Of a DNA stretch of 64,000 nt, positions 21,602 to 31,876 are shown piece by piece. The DNA is taken from contig CAVOMX010000014.1 in the NCBI GenBank assembly GCA_963697165.1, positions 69,140-133,139 of the forward strand, written 5' to 3'. Below the pieces are notes generated by a model. That model saw nothing but the letters and a program-made list of their open reading frames with translations, had not been told where the DNA came from and searched no databases. Numbering within the stretch: the stretch's first letter is position 1; each line of letters starts with the position of its first letter. The translations under genes and the position numbers were made by a program. This DNA is from Candidatus Bathyarchaeota archaeon (lineage in GTDB: Archaea; Thermoproteota; Bathyarchaeia; Bathyarchaeales; Bathyarchaeaceae).

Positions 21602-22213
21602 GTGTTTGCTTTTGACGATGTTTCTAAAATGAGAACTTCGCTTAAGTTAACACCAACAACCCTTCTGGTAACCGTGAACGTGTTGGTTTACATTTATACT
21701 TCGCTGGCTGGTGGAAATTTAATCACAACAAACACCAGCGTCCTCCTTCAGATAGGGCAATACAACATCGGCGTATTGAATGGTGAGTACTGGCAGCTCT
21801 TAACATCTATTTTTGTTCATGTGGATATACTTCATATTGCACTAAACATGCTATTCCTGATCATATTCGGCTTAAGAGCCGAAGAACTTTTCAAAACAGA
21901 AGAATATTTTTCTGTCTATATTATCTCGGGGCTCACAGGCAGTCTATTGACCCTTGTTCTGATGTCCCCATATACGCTCTCCGCTGGGGCTTCAGGAGCA
22001 ATATTCGGAATGTACGGCGCAGGCATCATATACATGCGAAAAACATTCGGTCAATCCATTGTAGGAGCCCTGCTCTATTCATTTCTGTTTTTAATGCTGT
22101 CCACAGGCTCAGGCGTAAACGTAGTCGCTCACTTCGGGGGCCTCGCAGCTGGATTGATAATTGGTTACGCATTGGCAAAATCCCGCAGAGACATTTACTG
22201 GATAGAAAACTAG
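21602..22213 (+). CDS. Rhomboid intramembrane serine protease
   Basis: HIALNM, GASGA, AHFGG. Confidence 0.93.
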   Translation: MFAFDDVSKMRTSLKLTPTTLLVTVNVLVYIYTSLAGGNLITTNTSVLLQIGQYNIGVLNGEYWQLLTSIFVHVDILHIALNMLFLIIFGLRAEELFKTEEYFSVYIISGLTGSLLTLVLMSPYTLSAGASGAIFGMYGAGIIYMRKTFGQSIVGALLYSFLFLMLSTGSGVNVVAHFGGLAAGLIIGYALAKSRRDIYWIEN

Positions 22214-22236
22214 TGGCACCAGAAAGTTGAGTTCAA

Positions 22237-23040
22237 CTAGCGGGAAATCACTCCAGAGATACGAAAAGCATCTCCAACATTTACATCAAAAATTTTGAGA
22301 GCAGTTCCTTGATTAACTGCTACTTCAAGAAAGTTGCTACTGCCAATTAATGCCAAGAGAGCGCCAGCGTGAACCTCGCCGTATGCTGAACAGAACGGTA
22401 GGTTCAAGGTTTTGTTGCCGAGCGTGACCAGAAGAGAGTCCCCTTCATGAAAGCCTGCATCCTTAATTGTTTTTTGCGAAATGTTACAGATGATGTTGCC
22501 AAAGTCGTCTATGTGAAGAATTTCTCCAAGCAGTTCTCCCCCCTTCGACTGTGCTTCAGCGAATTCAGGAAAAACGTAATCACGTATTGCAGGTCCAAAA
22601 TCAGACGGCTTTATTCCTGTTGATAGATGCGCGGCTGCTGGGGCGAATATGTCTCTTCCGTGAAAAGTTTTCGATATTTTGGTTAGCATGTATTTTGTGT
22701 TGCATATTGTGTAAACGTTTGTTATGTCTTCTTTGTGTGCAGCCAGCATGAGAAGCCCGTTGTCTGGTCCAACATAGATGCCATGGTTGGTTTCTGCAAT
22801 TATTGAGCGTCTTTTTGTTCCGACGCCCGGGTCTACGACTGCCACGTGAATTGTTTTTGGAAGAAAGTATGGGGCTGCTGAGGCTAAAACATAGGCGCCC
22901 ATGCGGACGTCAAACTTTTCAATTTCATGACTTATGTCAACGATCTGGGCTTGTGGGTTAATTGAGAGGATAACAGCTTTCATTTCCGCTACGTATGGGT
23001 CTTTATGACCGAAATCAGAGAGCAAAGATATTATGGACAT
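22237..23040 (-). CDS. SAM hydroxide adenosyltransferase (DUF62, chlorinase/fluorinase family)
   Basis: LLSDFG, VVDPGVGT, GPDNG, TFHGRD, DDFGN. Confidence 0.93.
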   Translation of the reverse strand: MSIISLLSDFGHKDPYVAEMKAVILSINPQAQIVDISHEIEKFDVRMGAYVLASAAPYFLPKTIHVAVVDPGVGTKRRSIIAETNHGIYVGPDNGLLMLAAHKEDITNVYTICNTKYMLTKISKTFHGRDIFAPAAAHLSTGIKPSDFGPAIRDYVFPEFAEAQSKGGELLGEILHIDDFGNIICNISQKTIKDAGFHEGDSLLVTLGNKTLNLPFCSAYGEVHAGALLALIGSSNFLEVAVNQGTALKIFDVNVGDAFRISGVISR

Positions 23041-23119
23041 TTATTCTGCCCTGAATCCAAATGTTGAATTGCCATATTTAATAACTGTTCTTTGAGAAGT
23101 AGTTTCTGAGTGAGAATGT

Positions 23120-23896
23120 TTGAAAGCGGGTGAAGTGATCTTCCTGAAGGGACTATTTGAAAGAAAGCACTGCAAAGTTCTTTGTTATCCAAGATGTGAT
23201 CAAGAAGAATTGGAGAGACGCCTCAAGGAGTTGGAGAAGCTCGGAGTCCAATCTCTAGAATTCGCGGGAGAGAAGAGCATTTTTGATGTGCCGGTTCTGG
23301 GGAAGGGCTGCGTAGGCGTCGTTGTTGTAGCATACACGAATTTGGGGAGAGCCGCTTTGAAGATTCGCAGAGTCGACGCTGACCGGAAGGGAATGTTCCA
23401 TGAAGGCGAGATGCTACAGAGAGCTAATGCAATAGATGTGGGACCAAAACTGCTTGAAATCAGCGAAAATTTTCTTCTTATGGAGTTAGTTGAAGGAACC
23501 CACTTTCCAGAATGGATCGAATCAGTAGAAGGAAGAGAAACCCATTTGCGGATTCGCATGGTTTTAGAGGATGTTTTGGAGCAGTGTTACAGGCTTGATG
23601 AATCTGGCTTGGACCATGGAGAACTGAGCAAAGCGCCAAAACACATTATCGTTGACGCGGACGACATTCCATATTTGATTGACTTTGAGACAGCCAGCAT
23701 CAATAGAAGAGTGTCAAATGTCACTTCAGTCTGCCAATATCTTTTCTTGGGAAGCCAGATTGCAGACAAAGTAAAGGATAAACTTGGGAAAGTTAACGAA
23801 AAAGAACTGATAAACGTTTTACGAAATTACAAAAGGGAACGGACAAGAGAAAACTTCGAAAAAATCGTAGAAAATATTGTAACAGAAAAAGCATAA
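23120..23896 (+). CDS. RIO1-like Ser/Thr protein kinase
   Basis: LGKGCVG, ALKIRR, DHGELS, IDFE. Confidence 0.85.
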   Translation: MKAGEVIFLKGLFERKHCKVLCYPRCDQEELERRLKELEKLGVQSLEFAGEKSIFDVPVLGKGCVGVVVVAYTNLGRAALKIRRVDADRKGMFHEGEMLQRANAIDVGPKLLEISENFLLMELVEGTHFPEWIESVEGRETHLRIRMVLEDVLEQCYRLDESGLDHGELSKAPKHIIVDADDIPYLIDFETASINRRVSNVTSVCQYLFLGSQIADKVKDKLGKVNEKELINVLRNYKRERTRENFEKIVENIVTEKA

Positions 23897-23915
23897 AACA
23901 AGATGCTTTTGTGAA

Positions 23916-24515
23916 TTATTTTTCTCCAAAAACTAGGCGGTCAGTAACTAAACATACAGCATAAAAGACATCTTCGGGATCAAGTTCGTCTGTTGCAAGA
24001 ACAAGATTGAAGGGTGTAAGGTCGTGACCTAAATCGAAGCCGTAGAGGTTCTTGTATATCTGCCTAGTTTGTTCATCTTTTTCTGTTAGAGCTTTTAATG
24101 CCTCTTCATTGCTGATGTGGTCCCGAGTTACCACCCGCGTGGCTCTAACCTGAGGCGAACCCTCCAACCATACTTTAAATCCTTCATTTAAAAGCCAAGG
24201 TATTGTCCAACTGTCAAGAACAATGTTCCCTTCCTTCGCCAGCTCCAACAACGTTTCGTCAATTCTCTTGTCAAAGGCAGGGTCTCCCATCCTCTGTTGT
24301 AGAAAATTTAGACCCCCAGCGGTTTCCCACCATCCTCTTACCTCAGAGTTGTACCCCTCTTCTTGCGCTAATATTCTCAAAGCGTTCCCTCCAGAAAAGT
24401 AGCCAAGTCCATACTTGTCGGCTAGCCTCTTCGCCACTGTGCTCTTTCCGGAGCCAGTCATTCCGCTAATACAAATTACAACTTTTTTATTCTCGTCTCT
24501 ATCACGGTCTTTCAC
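23916..24515 (-). CDS. cmk: Cytidylate kinase (archaeal)
   Basis: ISGMTGSGKST P-loop; canonical position at the end of the spc operon. Confidence 0.9.
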   Translation of the reverse strand: MKDRDRDENKKVVICISGMTGSGKSTVAKRLADKYGLGYFSGGNALRILAQEEGYNSEVRGWWETAGGLNFLQQRMGDPAFDKRIDETLLELAKEGNIVLDSWTIPWLLNEGFKVWLEGSPQVRATRVVTRDHISNEEALKALTEKDEQTRQIYKNLYGFDLGHDLTPFNLVLATDELDPEDVFYAVCLVTDRLVFGEK

Positions 24516-24538
24516 AGTCTGACAGCCGCCATATCAGC

Positions 24539-24808
24539 TTAAAGATTTCTTGCCGCTGGTTTTAAGAGGCTTCGGAGACAACCGTGCCACAGATTACTGC
24601 TGTGCATATGTTCAACTCGTCTTTGATTTCTGGGAATATTGCTTTTTTTAAATGAATCTTGCCGTGGAAGCCCAGCTAGTTTTTGACCAGAACTGGAAAA
24701 ATATGGAAAACTTGCTTTTCCGGTTCCATATTGGATAACTGTTTGTGGATCAGAAGATTTTGGTTGACAACGTTTCTTGTTTCGAGCTAGCCTAGAAGAG
24801 TTTGACAT
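24539..24808 (-). CDS. rpl34e: Ribosomal protein eL34, divergent (Zn ligands lost)
   Basis: Syntenic between DUF106 and cmk; TVIQY...GQKLAGLPR...NLWHGCLR resembles eL34 but only one ligand Cys remains. Confidence 0.7.
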   Translation of the reverse strand: MSNSSRLARNKKRCQPKSSDPQTVIQYGTGKASFPYFSSSGQKLAGLPRQDSFKKSNIPRNQRRVEHMHSSNLWHGCLRSLLKPAARNL

Positions 24809-25336
24809 CTAATCGGTTCCTCCTGTCAATCCAAAGATACGCGAGAATAGTGTCCCGAACAGGAAAGAGCAGATGAGGTACCAATAGAACAGGCTTAGTT
24901 GCATTACCCCACCCAACCATGGAAGATAGGCCACAGGGTCGGGTCCAATGAATGGGCTTTCGAACAATTTAATACCGAGAATACTTCCAGTTAGCAAGAG
25001 CCAAACAACGAAAAAAACTCCCATTGTAATAGGTAAAACTCTAAACTGCTTAGATGATAAGGAAAGGACTTGAGATTGAAGTTGAAGAAGCTGTTTCTCC
25101 TGTTTCTCAGCCTTCTTGAGCAGTTTTTTGTCGCCAGTGCTCTTCGCCTGTTTCATGTTTTGATTTTTTTCCGCCTTTAAAGCAGCAACCTTACGGTTCA
25201 AATCCTTGACTTTTTCGCGGTGCTCCTTAGGCATGAAACGGCTGTTAATGAACGATGAGGCGAAGGACATGGTTATGGAAACAAAAAGAATAATCAGTGT
25301 TACATAGGGAGGTTGTGCCAAGAATGAACTCATCAT
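24809..25336 (-). CDS. DUF106 (EMC3/TMCO1/Oxa1-family) membrane insertase
   Basis: TM-coiled coil-TM architecture, WYLICS motif, synteny. Confidence 0.88.
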   Translation of the reverse strand: MMSSFLAQPPYVTLIILFVSITMSFASSFINSRFMPKEHREKVKDLNRKVAALKAEKNQNMKQAKSTGDKKLLKKAEKQEKQLLQLQSQVLSLSSKQFRVLPITMGVFFVVWLLLTGSILGIKLFESPFIGPDPVAYLPWLGGVMQLSLFYWYLICSFLFGTLFSRIFGLTGGTD

Positions 25337-25467
25337 TTACTCCTCCAGTAAATTTGAATTCCTGTGTTAAATTCTTTTCCCGCGTCTTCTTCGAGTTTTG
25401 ATGCCTCACAGTAAACAAACGTTTCCACTGGTCTGTTCATTCCTGTGATGCTAATAGGTCTACTCAA
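25333..25467 (-). pseudogene. Probable adenylate kinase remnant (44 codons)
   Basis: Sits at the usual adk position; LSRPISITGM and PVETFVYCEASKLEEDAGKEF resemble the termini of archaeal AdkA. Confidence 0.4.
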
Positions 25468-25473
25468 CTTTTA

Positions 25474-26892
25474 TCATCCCAATACACGACCGAAAGCGGG
25501 ATACATCTCGGCAACTTGTTCCTGCACAAGTAGTTGATAATATTGATATAATATACCCACGGCAAGCAGTATACCCATACCTGTTCCGAACACTCCAAAG
25601 AACCCTGCAACCGAGGCTATCAATCCTATTATTGCGCCTCCAAGGACTGTGACTACAGGTATGTAGCGTTTGAGAATTATTTCTATGGATTTACTTGACC
25701 TACGGAACCCTGGAACTTGCATGCCTGAATCAACAAGCTGTTTTGCAACGGTGCTGGGTCCTAAACCTCCTACTTCTAGCCAAGTTATCGAAAAGATTAC
25801 GGCGAATGTGACCATGATGCCTACGAAAATTAAGGCTCTATATGGATCGGCGGCGACTTGTCCCAGACTTCCAGGGGCAGTCACGTAATATGCAAGACCT
25901 CCGGTGGGAGCTCCTCCTTCGCCTCCGAAGGTACCTATAAGGTTGACCCAAAAGTTGTTCGTGCCAAATTGGCTTGATAGGAGTTGTGCGACGACATAGA
26001 TGTTAGCGAAGAGGGCAGACGCGAATATTACAGGCAGGTTAGAGACATAGAGAAGTTTGATTGGATATTTGCCTCGGAATCCTCGATAATTAGCGTGTGA
26101 AATTGGAAGTTCAACTCTAACGCCTTCAATGTAAATTACTATAACGAAAACGACAATTGTGGTTATGAAACCTAACATAGTTGGAAGAGTTGTAAGTGCA
26201 CCAGCGGAATCATACCTGAAAAAAGCGTTGGTTAAAGATTGTCCACCCATAATAATCTCGCCAAGAGCAATGAAAGCCCCATAGGTGTGCCCATCTGCCA
26301 TACTAGGCGTTATCCCAATGCTGTCCCACATGATACCTTGTGCTACTCCGGCTAGAATAAAAAGGCTGATTCCGCTTCCAATTCCCCAACCTTTCTGCAT
26401 CATTTCGTCCAAGAGCATAAGCACTATACCAGCGACCAGAAGTTGACAGAAAATTATTACGGCTGTAAATAGATCCAGAGAACCATACACTCCGCCTATG
26501 AGGTAGGCAGAAGCTTGGACTCCAGTGAGAAGTATAGAAAAGAATTTGGTGGCTGCTGTGAAGAGAGCCCGATCTTCGGTGTTTCCTAGATCAGCTGATA
26601 TAATGTTGGAGCCGATGAGCAACTGCAAAATGAGGCCACCCGTTACTATAGGACCAATTCCGAGTTCAGTGAGAGTTCCTCGGTTAGAAGCAAAAATTAT
26701 TCGAAGGTTTTCGAGGTCCCAGCCTCCACCTCCAACATTGAATAGGGCTATCTCGCTCATGACAAGAAAGATTATCAGCGCCATGGCGGTCCAGAAGAGT
26801 TTTTCGTTAAAGCTCACTTTCCGGGTTGGTGAACTTACTTCAGGCATAAATCTTGATAGTGGTCCGAATAGTGAAAGGAATCTGCCAGCCAT
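25474..26892 (-). CDS. secY: Preprotein translocase SecY
   Basis: GTLTELGIGPIVT, GIGSGISLFI, YPIKLLYVSNLP. Confidence 0.97.
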   Translation of the reverse strand: MAGRFLSLFGPLSRFMPEVSSPTRKVSFNEKLFWTAMALIIFLVMSEIALFNVGGGGWDLENLRIIFASNRGTLTELGIGPIVTGGLILQLLIGSNIISADLGNTEDRALFTAATKFFSILLTGVQASAYLIGGVYGSLDLFTAVIIFCQLLVAGIVLMLLDEMMQKGWGIGSGISLFILAGVAQGIMWDSIGITPSMADGHTYGAFIALGEIIMGGQSLTNAFFRYDSAGALTTLPTMLGFITTIVVFVIVIYIEGVRVELPISHANYRGFRGKYPIKLLYVSNLPVIFASALFANIYVVAQLLSSQFGTNNFWVNLIGTFGGEGGAPTGGLAYYVTAPGSLGQVAADPYRALIFVGIMVTFAVIFSITWLEVGGLGPSTVAKQLVDSGMQVPGFRRSSKSIEIILKRYIPVVTVLGGAIIGLIASVAGFFGVFGTGMGILLAVGILYQYYQLLVQEQVAEMYPAFGRVLG

Positions 26893-27025
26893 GATTTCAT
26901 CGCCTTAATTTTTAGGTTTATTATTGTATAAGCTGATTTGTTAAGTTGCGTATGTTGAACGCAAATATAAACACTTTGACATCTTAAGTTACTCAATAAG
27001 ATAATTTTTAGGAAAACATCGGGGA

Positions 27026-27470
27026 CTACTCGTTTTCTTTGAGAATTGCTCCTCCGGCTTCTTCCAATTTTCTAGAAGCAGACTCTGAACATGATGCAAC
27101 CTTAACAAGCATAGGCTTGACTACGTTCTCCAGTTCCCAAAAGCTTGTCGTACCCAAGGCTTTCCAAGTCCAAAAAGATCTTTTTCTCTTTTCTTTCCAG
27201 TTTTTTCTCGGATTCCAGTCTGTCAGCTAGGTCATCCAATTTTCCCACATTAATAATGTTAACCGTTTTGCCGAGGGTTCTGGCGGACACAAAACCTTTC
27301 TTTTCCCAGTATGTGGGATCATGCTTTATTACATATGTCCATTTGTGTTTATCGAGTCCAGCTTTCCCAGTTCCTCCTCTCCCACCTCTGGCTCGGTGCT
27401 GGCCTATCTGACCCCATCCATGGGTTCTGGATCCACGTTGTCTTCTTACTTTTCTATCTTTAGTTGGCAA
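27026..27470 (-). CDS. rpl15: Ribosomal protein uL15 (apparent frameshift near 27130)
   Basis: RGSRTHGWG...GGRGGTG; conserved C-terminus NVVKPMLVKVASCSESASRKLEEAGG is in another frame. Confidence 0.9.
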
Positions 27471-27480
27471 ACGTCAAACC

Positions 27481-28014
27481 TCACTTTTTAACAGATATTT
27501 TACCTTCTCTAATTAGCTTCTCTAATTTTTCTAGTCTTACTTCCAACACTCCATTTTTGTATGACGCTCGCGCCGACTTTGGCTTCACCCTAGTTGGAAG
27601 ATTCAATTCGTCATACCATTCAAAGTCATCAGTATCAACGGTAACAGTTAAACAATTCTCAGTTACACGCAGATCAATATCATCCTTATTGATTCCCGGA
27701 AGCGCGGCCAAAACCACCAATAATTTTCCATCCTCGATGATGTCAACCAGAGGCTCAACATCATCACTAATCTCTTCTTCATCCTGCGGGGGTTGACGGC
27801 TATCAAGCTCTCGAACAATAGGCTTTCCGTCAGGACCAATTTTTATGGAGAAACCTTGGACATGATTACGTCTGACTGGCGAATTTTCGGAGAAATTTTC
27901 AAAGAACCTCTGCATAGTGTCATCTATCATTTCGCCGAGTCTTTCGAGTTCTTCATAAATATCATTGAACCAAGGACTTTTTTTCTTTCTTCGTTTCCAC
28001 CACGGATCACTCAA
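27481..28014 (-). CDS. Small heat-shock protein Hsp20 (archaeal)
   Basis: GFSIKIGPDGKP, EPLVDII, ASYKNGVLEV. Confidence 0.92.
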   Translation of the reverse strand: MSDPWWKRRKKKSPWFNDIYEELERLGEMIDDTMQRFFENFSENSPVRRNHVQGFSIKIGPDGKPIVRELDSRQPPQDEEEISDDVEPLVDIIEDGKLLVVLAALPGINKDDIDLRVTENCLTVTVDTDDFEWYDELNLPTRVKPKSARASYKNGVLEVRLEKLEKLIREGKISVKK

Positions 28015-28075
28015 GGGAATTCCTTCCTTAACTGAGATTGTGCTGATAAGGTGACTATAAAGATTATCGCTTTTG

Positions 28076-28555
28076 CTACAGCATACGTTTCAGGAGATCG
28101 TTAATTGCATCTCCTCTATATCCGGCTTCTCCTCCAGCTGCATAACTCTTTTTCACTTTCCCTTTGAAGCCTTTTGTTGGTGGACGAAGACGGAACAGAG
28201 GTTTCAATTCTGGAAGACTGCTAAATTCAACATTCACATTGAATAATGCTTCTGCTAAGTCATCCAACGACTTGTAGCCCAACTCTTCGGCGTATTCGTC
28301 CGTCAATTTTTTGTCGCCCGTAAGTTTTCCTCTCTTCTTCAGAAGGAAAGCGATTGTCTCTTGGGAAACTTCACCCCAAGTTAAGCAATTCTTACTTTTC
28401 TGTAACATACCAATGTAGGCGGGACGGTCATCAAGCAATGTTGCGTGACAGTTTCGGGTTAGCCGCAGCATCATTAACGTATCTTTGGTTTCCTGAGGGA
28501 TATCACTTAAACCGCGAATCCGAACAGCCACCAAACATTTCCGTTGTTCTGCCAT
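28076..28555 (-). CDS. rpl30: Ribosomal protein uL30
   Basis: AVRIRG, TWGE, FRLRPP, GYRG. Confidence 0.96.
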   Translation of the reverse strand: MAEQRKCLVAVRIRGLSDIPQETKDTLMMLRLTRNCHATLLDDRPAYIGMLQKSKNCLTWGEVSQETIAFLLKKRGKLTGDKKLTDEYAEELGYKSLDDLAEALFNVNVEFSSLPELKPLFRLRPPTKGFKGKVKKSYAAGGEAGYRGDAINDLLKRML

Positions 28556-28556
28556 C

Positions 28557-29189
<633 letters not shown>

Positions 29190-29191
29190 GT

Positions 29192-29806
29192 TTATTCCTT
29201 CTGTTCTTTCACCTTTTTCTTAAACGAAGATGTAATTTTGTCTTTCACCGTAGAAAAGTGGTCAGATATCTCTTCTGGACGTGTTCCTTTCAAAAGATAC
29301 TTTGAGAACTTCTTCTTATAGACCTCGGGGTCTGAAGAAAGATTACTTCCATATTCTGCGATGTGATTTCCGCTTATTCTACTCTCGTCGGGAAGTATAT
29401 CTTCACTGTGGGGAACTTCAAAACCTGCATCGACAGCACCTTTCATGGCAGCGAAAACTCGAGTTCCCTTGGAGGGAATATGCAGACCAATATCCAAGAA
29501 GGCCTTGTCCACACCATTAGCCATTGCCTTGAAGCCACACAGTAGACCAGTAAGATAGGCTGATGGAAGGTTTCCGCCGTTGCCCATCCAACCATATGTT
29601 TTAGCTAATTCTCCGGAATGTGCCGAAACAAGAACCTTGTCACCTATGGCTTGGGCTTCGATTACCTGAACGATCGCATGTTTCAGAGTAAGTCGAACTA
29701 CTAGACGAGGCACCCCTGACAGAACAAGGGCTTTACGTGAACGATAATTCGTTTTTCCTTCTTTTCGTCTTCGATAAGGAACTCGATATCTGGGACCAGT
29801 TGCCAT
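29192..29806 (-). CDS. rpl18: Ribosomal protein uL18
   Basis: MATGPRYRVPYRRRKEGKTNY; NLPSAYLTG. Confidence 0.96.
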   Translation of the reverse strand: MATGPRYRVPYRRRKEGKTNYRSRKALVLSGVPRLVVRLTLKHAIVQVIEAQAIGDKVLVSAHSGELAKTYGWMGNGGNLPSAYLTGLLCGFKAMANGVDKAFLDIGLHIPSKGTRVFAAMKGAVDAGFEVPHSEDILPDESRISGNHIAEYGSNLSSDPEVYKKKFSKYLLKGTRPEEISDHFSTVKDKITSSFKKKVKEQKE

Positions 29807-30258
29807 TAACGTCTCCTCCACAAATCATGAGTTCTGATGTAACGTTCTAAATCAGCCTTCGACTCGAAGACACCGCTTTCTGACATGTCATAGAGTTTAC
29901 GGTAAGCACTTTCTGTAATAGCCCGAGTGTCCTTCAATTCGGTTAATCGCTTCCTCAGGGGTCTAATTCTGTTCATCCAAGCCTGTTTTTTGGAGATTTT
30001 TGACCGGGCAGAACCACTCTTTCCTCCGGGTCCTCGCCTCAAACCTTTTTTACGCTTTTCTGCGAAAACTCTGGCTCGAGCACGACAAACTCCTTTCTCG
30101 GGAAGTGGTTTGACAACTTTTTCGTGAATTAACTTTCTGATTTCTTCTCGGGTTATAGCTGCTTCAACGTAATCTATTCTGTCTGGGTCTATCCAAACTC
30201 GGCCTTCACCGACCTTTAATATATCGGCAGCTAACCGACGCTGACTTTTTAGACTCAA
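29806..30258 (-). CDS. rpl19e: Ribosomal protein eL19
   Basis: QRRLAA...RVWIDP...AITREEIR. Confidence 0.96.
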   Translation of the reverse strand: MSLKSQRRLAADILKVGEGRVWIDPDRIDYVEAAITREEIRKLIHEKVVKPLPEKGVCRARARVFAEKRKKGLRRGPGGKSGSARSKISKKQAWMNRIRPLRKRLTELKDTRAITESAYRKLYDMSESGVFESKADLERYIRTHDLWRRR

Positions 30259-30260
30259 CT

Positions 30261-30731
30261 TTACTTCTCTCCAGCCGATAAGCTTTCTGTTTCTTCTAGT
30301 TCCGCACTTTCTTTTAGCGCTTCAGAATCCCGAGTTGTTCTTGGATTTAAAACGTGAATTCCTTTTTCTTCAGCTAATGCTAAGATTTCAACTCTTTTTC
30401 TGCCCCCAACCGTGCGAGCTATCCGTATAGTCTGCATTTCAGGGTCGATTCCCACCAAATCCTCAACTGTTTGAACACGAGTTTCTACAAACCCTGAAGG
30501 ATGCAGTCCTCTTGTGTTCTTTGGGCTTCGGTAACCAGTGGTTGGAGAGGCAGGCCATCCCTTGACTTTTTTGCGCATTTTACTGTCTACGCCATGAGGT
30601 CTTCTCCATCGATCTGTAACCCGTTTGTATCTCCAGCTTTCTTGTCGCCTAAATTTGGGTTTTTTGTGTCCACTATGAGCCTTTTTTGGAAGTTGTTTTT
30701 CTGTGATTGTCTCATGCTCTCCAGTTGTCAT
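30261..30731 (-). CDS. rpl32e: Ribosomal protein eL32
   Basis: FRRQESWRYKR, WRRPHGVDSK, RGLHPSG. Confidence 0.96.
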   Translation of the reverse strand: MTTGEHETITEKQLPKKAHSGHKKPKFRRQESWRYKRVTDRWRRPHGVDSKMRKKVKGWPASPTTGYRSPKNTRGLHPSGFVETRVQTVEDLVGIDPEMQTIRIARTVGGRKRVEILALAEEKGIHVLNPRTTRDSEALKESAELEETESLSAGEK

Positions 30732-31276
30732 TCTTGGAATCCCTCATGTTTTTCGTAAACGTAGATACCATCTAAGAAAACCCGTGGGTCTTTATTTTTA
30801 ATTTTTGTTGAATTTTGGATATTCGCAGCAGTTTGGCTAACATCTTCAAGGTTGATACCTTGTACTATGATGTCGTCCCCTTTGAGGATAACTTTGGTGG
30901 TTCCCATTATCTTGGCTTTTCGCGGGTTTCTTTCTCCAGTGAAGTTCGTAATAGTTAAGTGATTCCCCACCACTTTGACGGTTATTGGAAAGTGGGAGAA
31001 AACGATTTTCAGTTTGTATGTGAATCCCGTTGTTACTCCCTTTATCATGTTCTGAATATGAGAACAAATAGTTCCCACAAGGGCTGCTTCCTTTTTGCGG
31101 GGCCAACTCGCCTTAACAGTTACGGTTTTCTCCTCTAGTTGAATCTGTATGGGTGCATGAGAAAAGTCTCGGATTAACTCTCCTTTTTCACCCTTAATCT
31201 TGACTATTCTACCATCTAACGTACCATCTACATTTTCAGGGATTTGAACAGTTGACACGGTTTCGATTGAACGCAT
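30728..31276 (-). CDS. rpl6: Ribosomal protein uL6
   Basis: NMIKGVTTGF, KDPRVFLDGIY. Confidence 0.97.
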   Translation of the reverse strand: MRSIETVSTVQIPENVDGTLDGRIVKIKGEKGELIRDFSHAPIQIQLEEKTVTVKASWPRKKEAALVGTICSHIQNMIKGVTTGFTYKLKIVFSHFPITVKVVGNHLTITNFTGERNPRKAKIMGTTKVILKGDDIIVQGINLEDVSQTAANIQNSTKIKNKDPRVFLDGIYVYEKHEGFQE

Positions 31277-31288
31277 TTTCTGTTTCTC

Positions 31289-31681
31289 CTAATAAACGAA
31301 GGCCAAAAGACGCCCACCGATCTTTTTCTCTTTAACCTCTTTATGAGATAAAACTCCTTGAGAGGTGGAAAAGACCAGCACTCCTATGTCTCTAGAGGGG
31401 AGAAACTGTTTTTCCCAGTTCTCTATTTCTTTAGAGCTTACAGGAATTCTAGGCTTTATGGCGCCACATTTATTGACTCGACCAAGAAGCTGTACTCTAA
31501 ATTTCCCAGAGCGCCCATCATCAATAAACTCGAACTCTCCGATGTAACCGTTAAGCTGCATTACTCTCAAAACACGCCCTAATACCTTGGAGGCTTGATT
31601 GATTATGCATTCGCGTTTTCGCCGCATCTCATTATTAATGATTGTTGTCAATCCATTTGCGAGCGTGTCCATCATAGGCAA
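31289..31681 (-). CDS. rps8: Ribosomal protein uS8
   Basis: [29 protein letters not shown]. Confidence 0.97.
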   Translation of the reverse strand: MPMMDTLANGLTTIINNEMRRKRECIINQASKVLGRVLRVMQLNGYIGEFEFIDDGRSGKFRVQLLGRVNKCGAIKPRIPVSSKEIENWEKQFLPSRDIGVLVFSTSQGVLSHKEVKEKKIGGRLLAFVY

Positions 31682-31698
31682 ACTTGTAACATCTCCTT

Positions 31699-31863
31699 TT
31701 ACTCATACTTCCTGAAACCTAGCTCCGGAGCAATCTCCCTGAAGCATTGACGACATAGGTTTAACCCGTACCTACGAACTAGTGAACCGTAAGAGCCGCA
31801 TCGTCTACAGGGTCGACTACCCTTACCAAACTTTCGCGCTGTCTTAGATTGCTGCTTCACCAT
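31699..31863 (-). CDS. rps14: Ribosomal protein uS14
   Basis: [11 protein letters not shown]...LCRQCFRE. Confidence 0.96.
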   Translation of the reverse strand: MVKQQSKTARKFGKGSRPCRRCGSYGSLVRRYGLNLCRQCFREIAPELGFRKYE

Positions 31864-31876
31864 AGATTCACCATTT

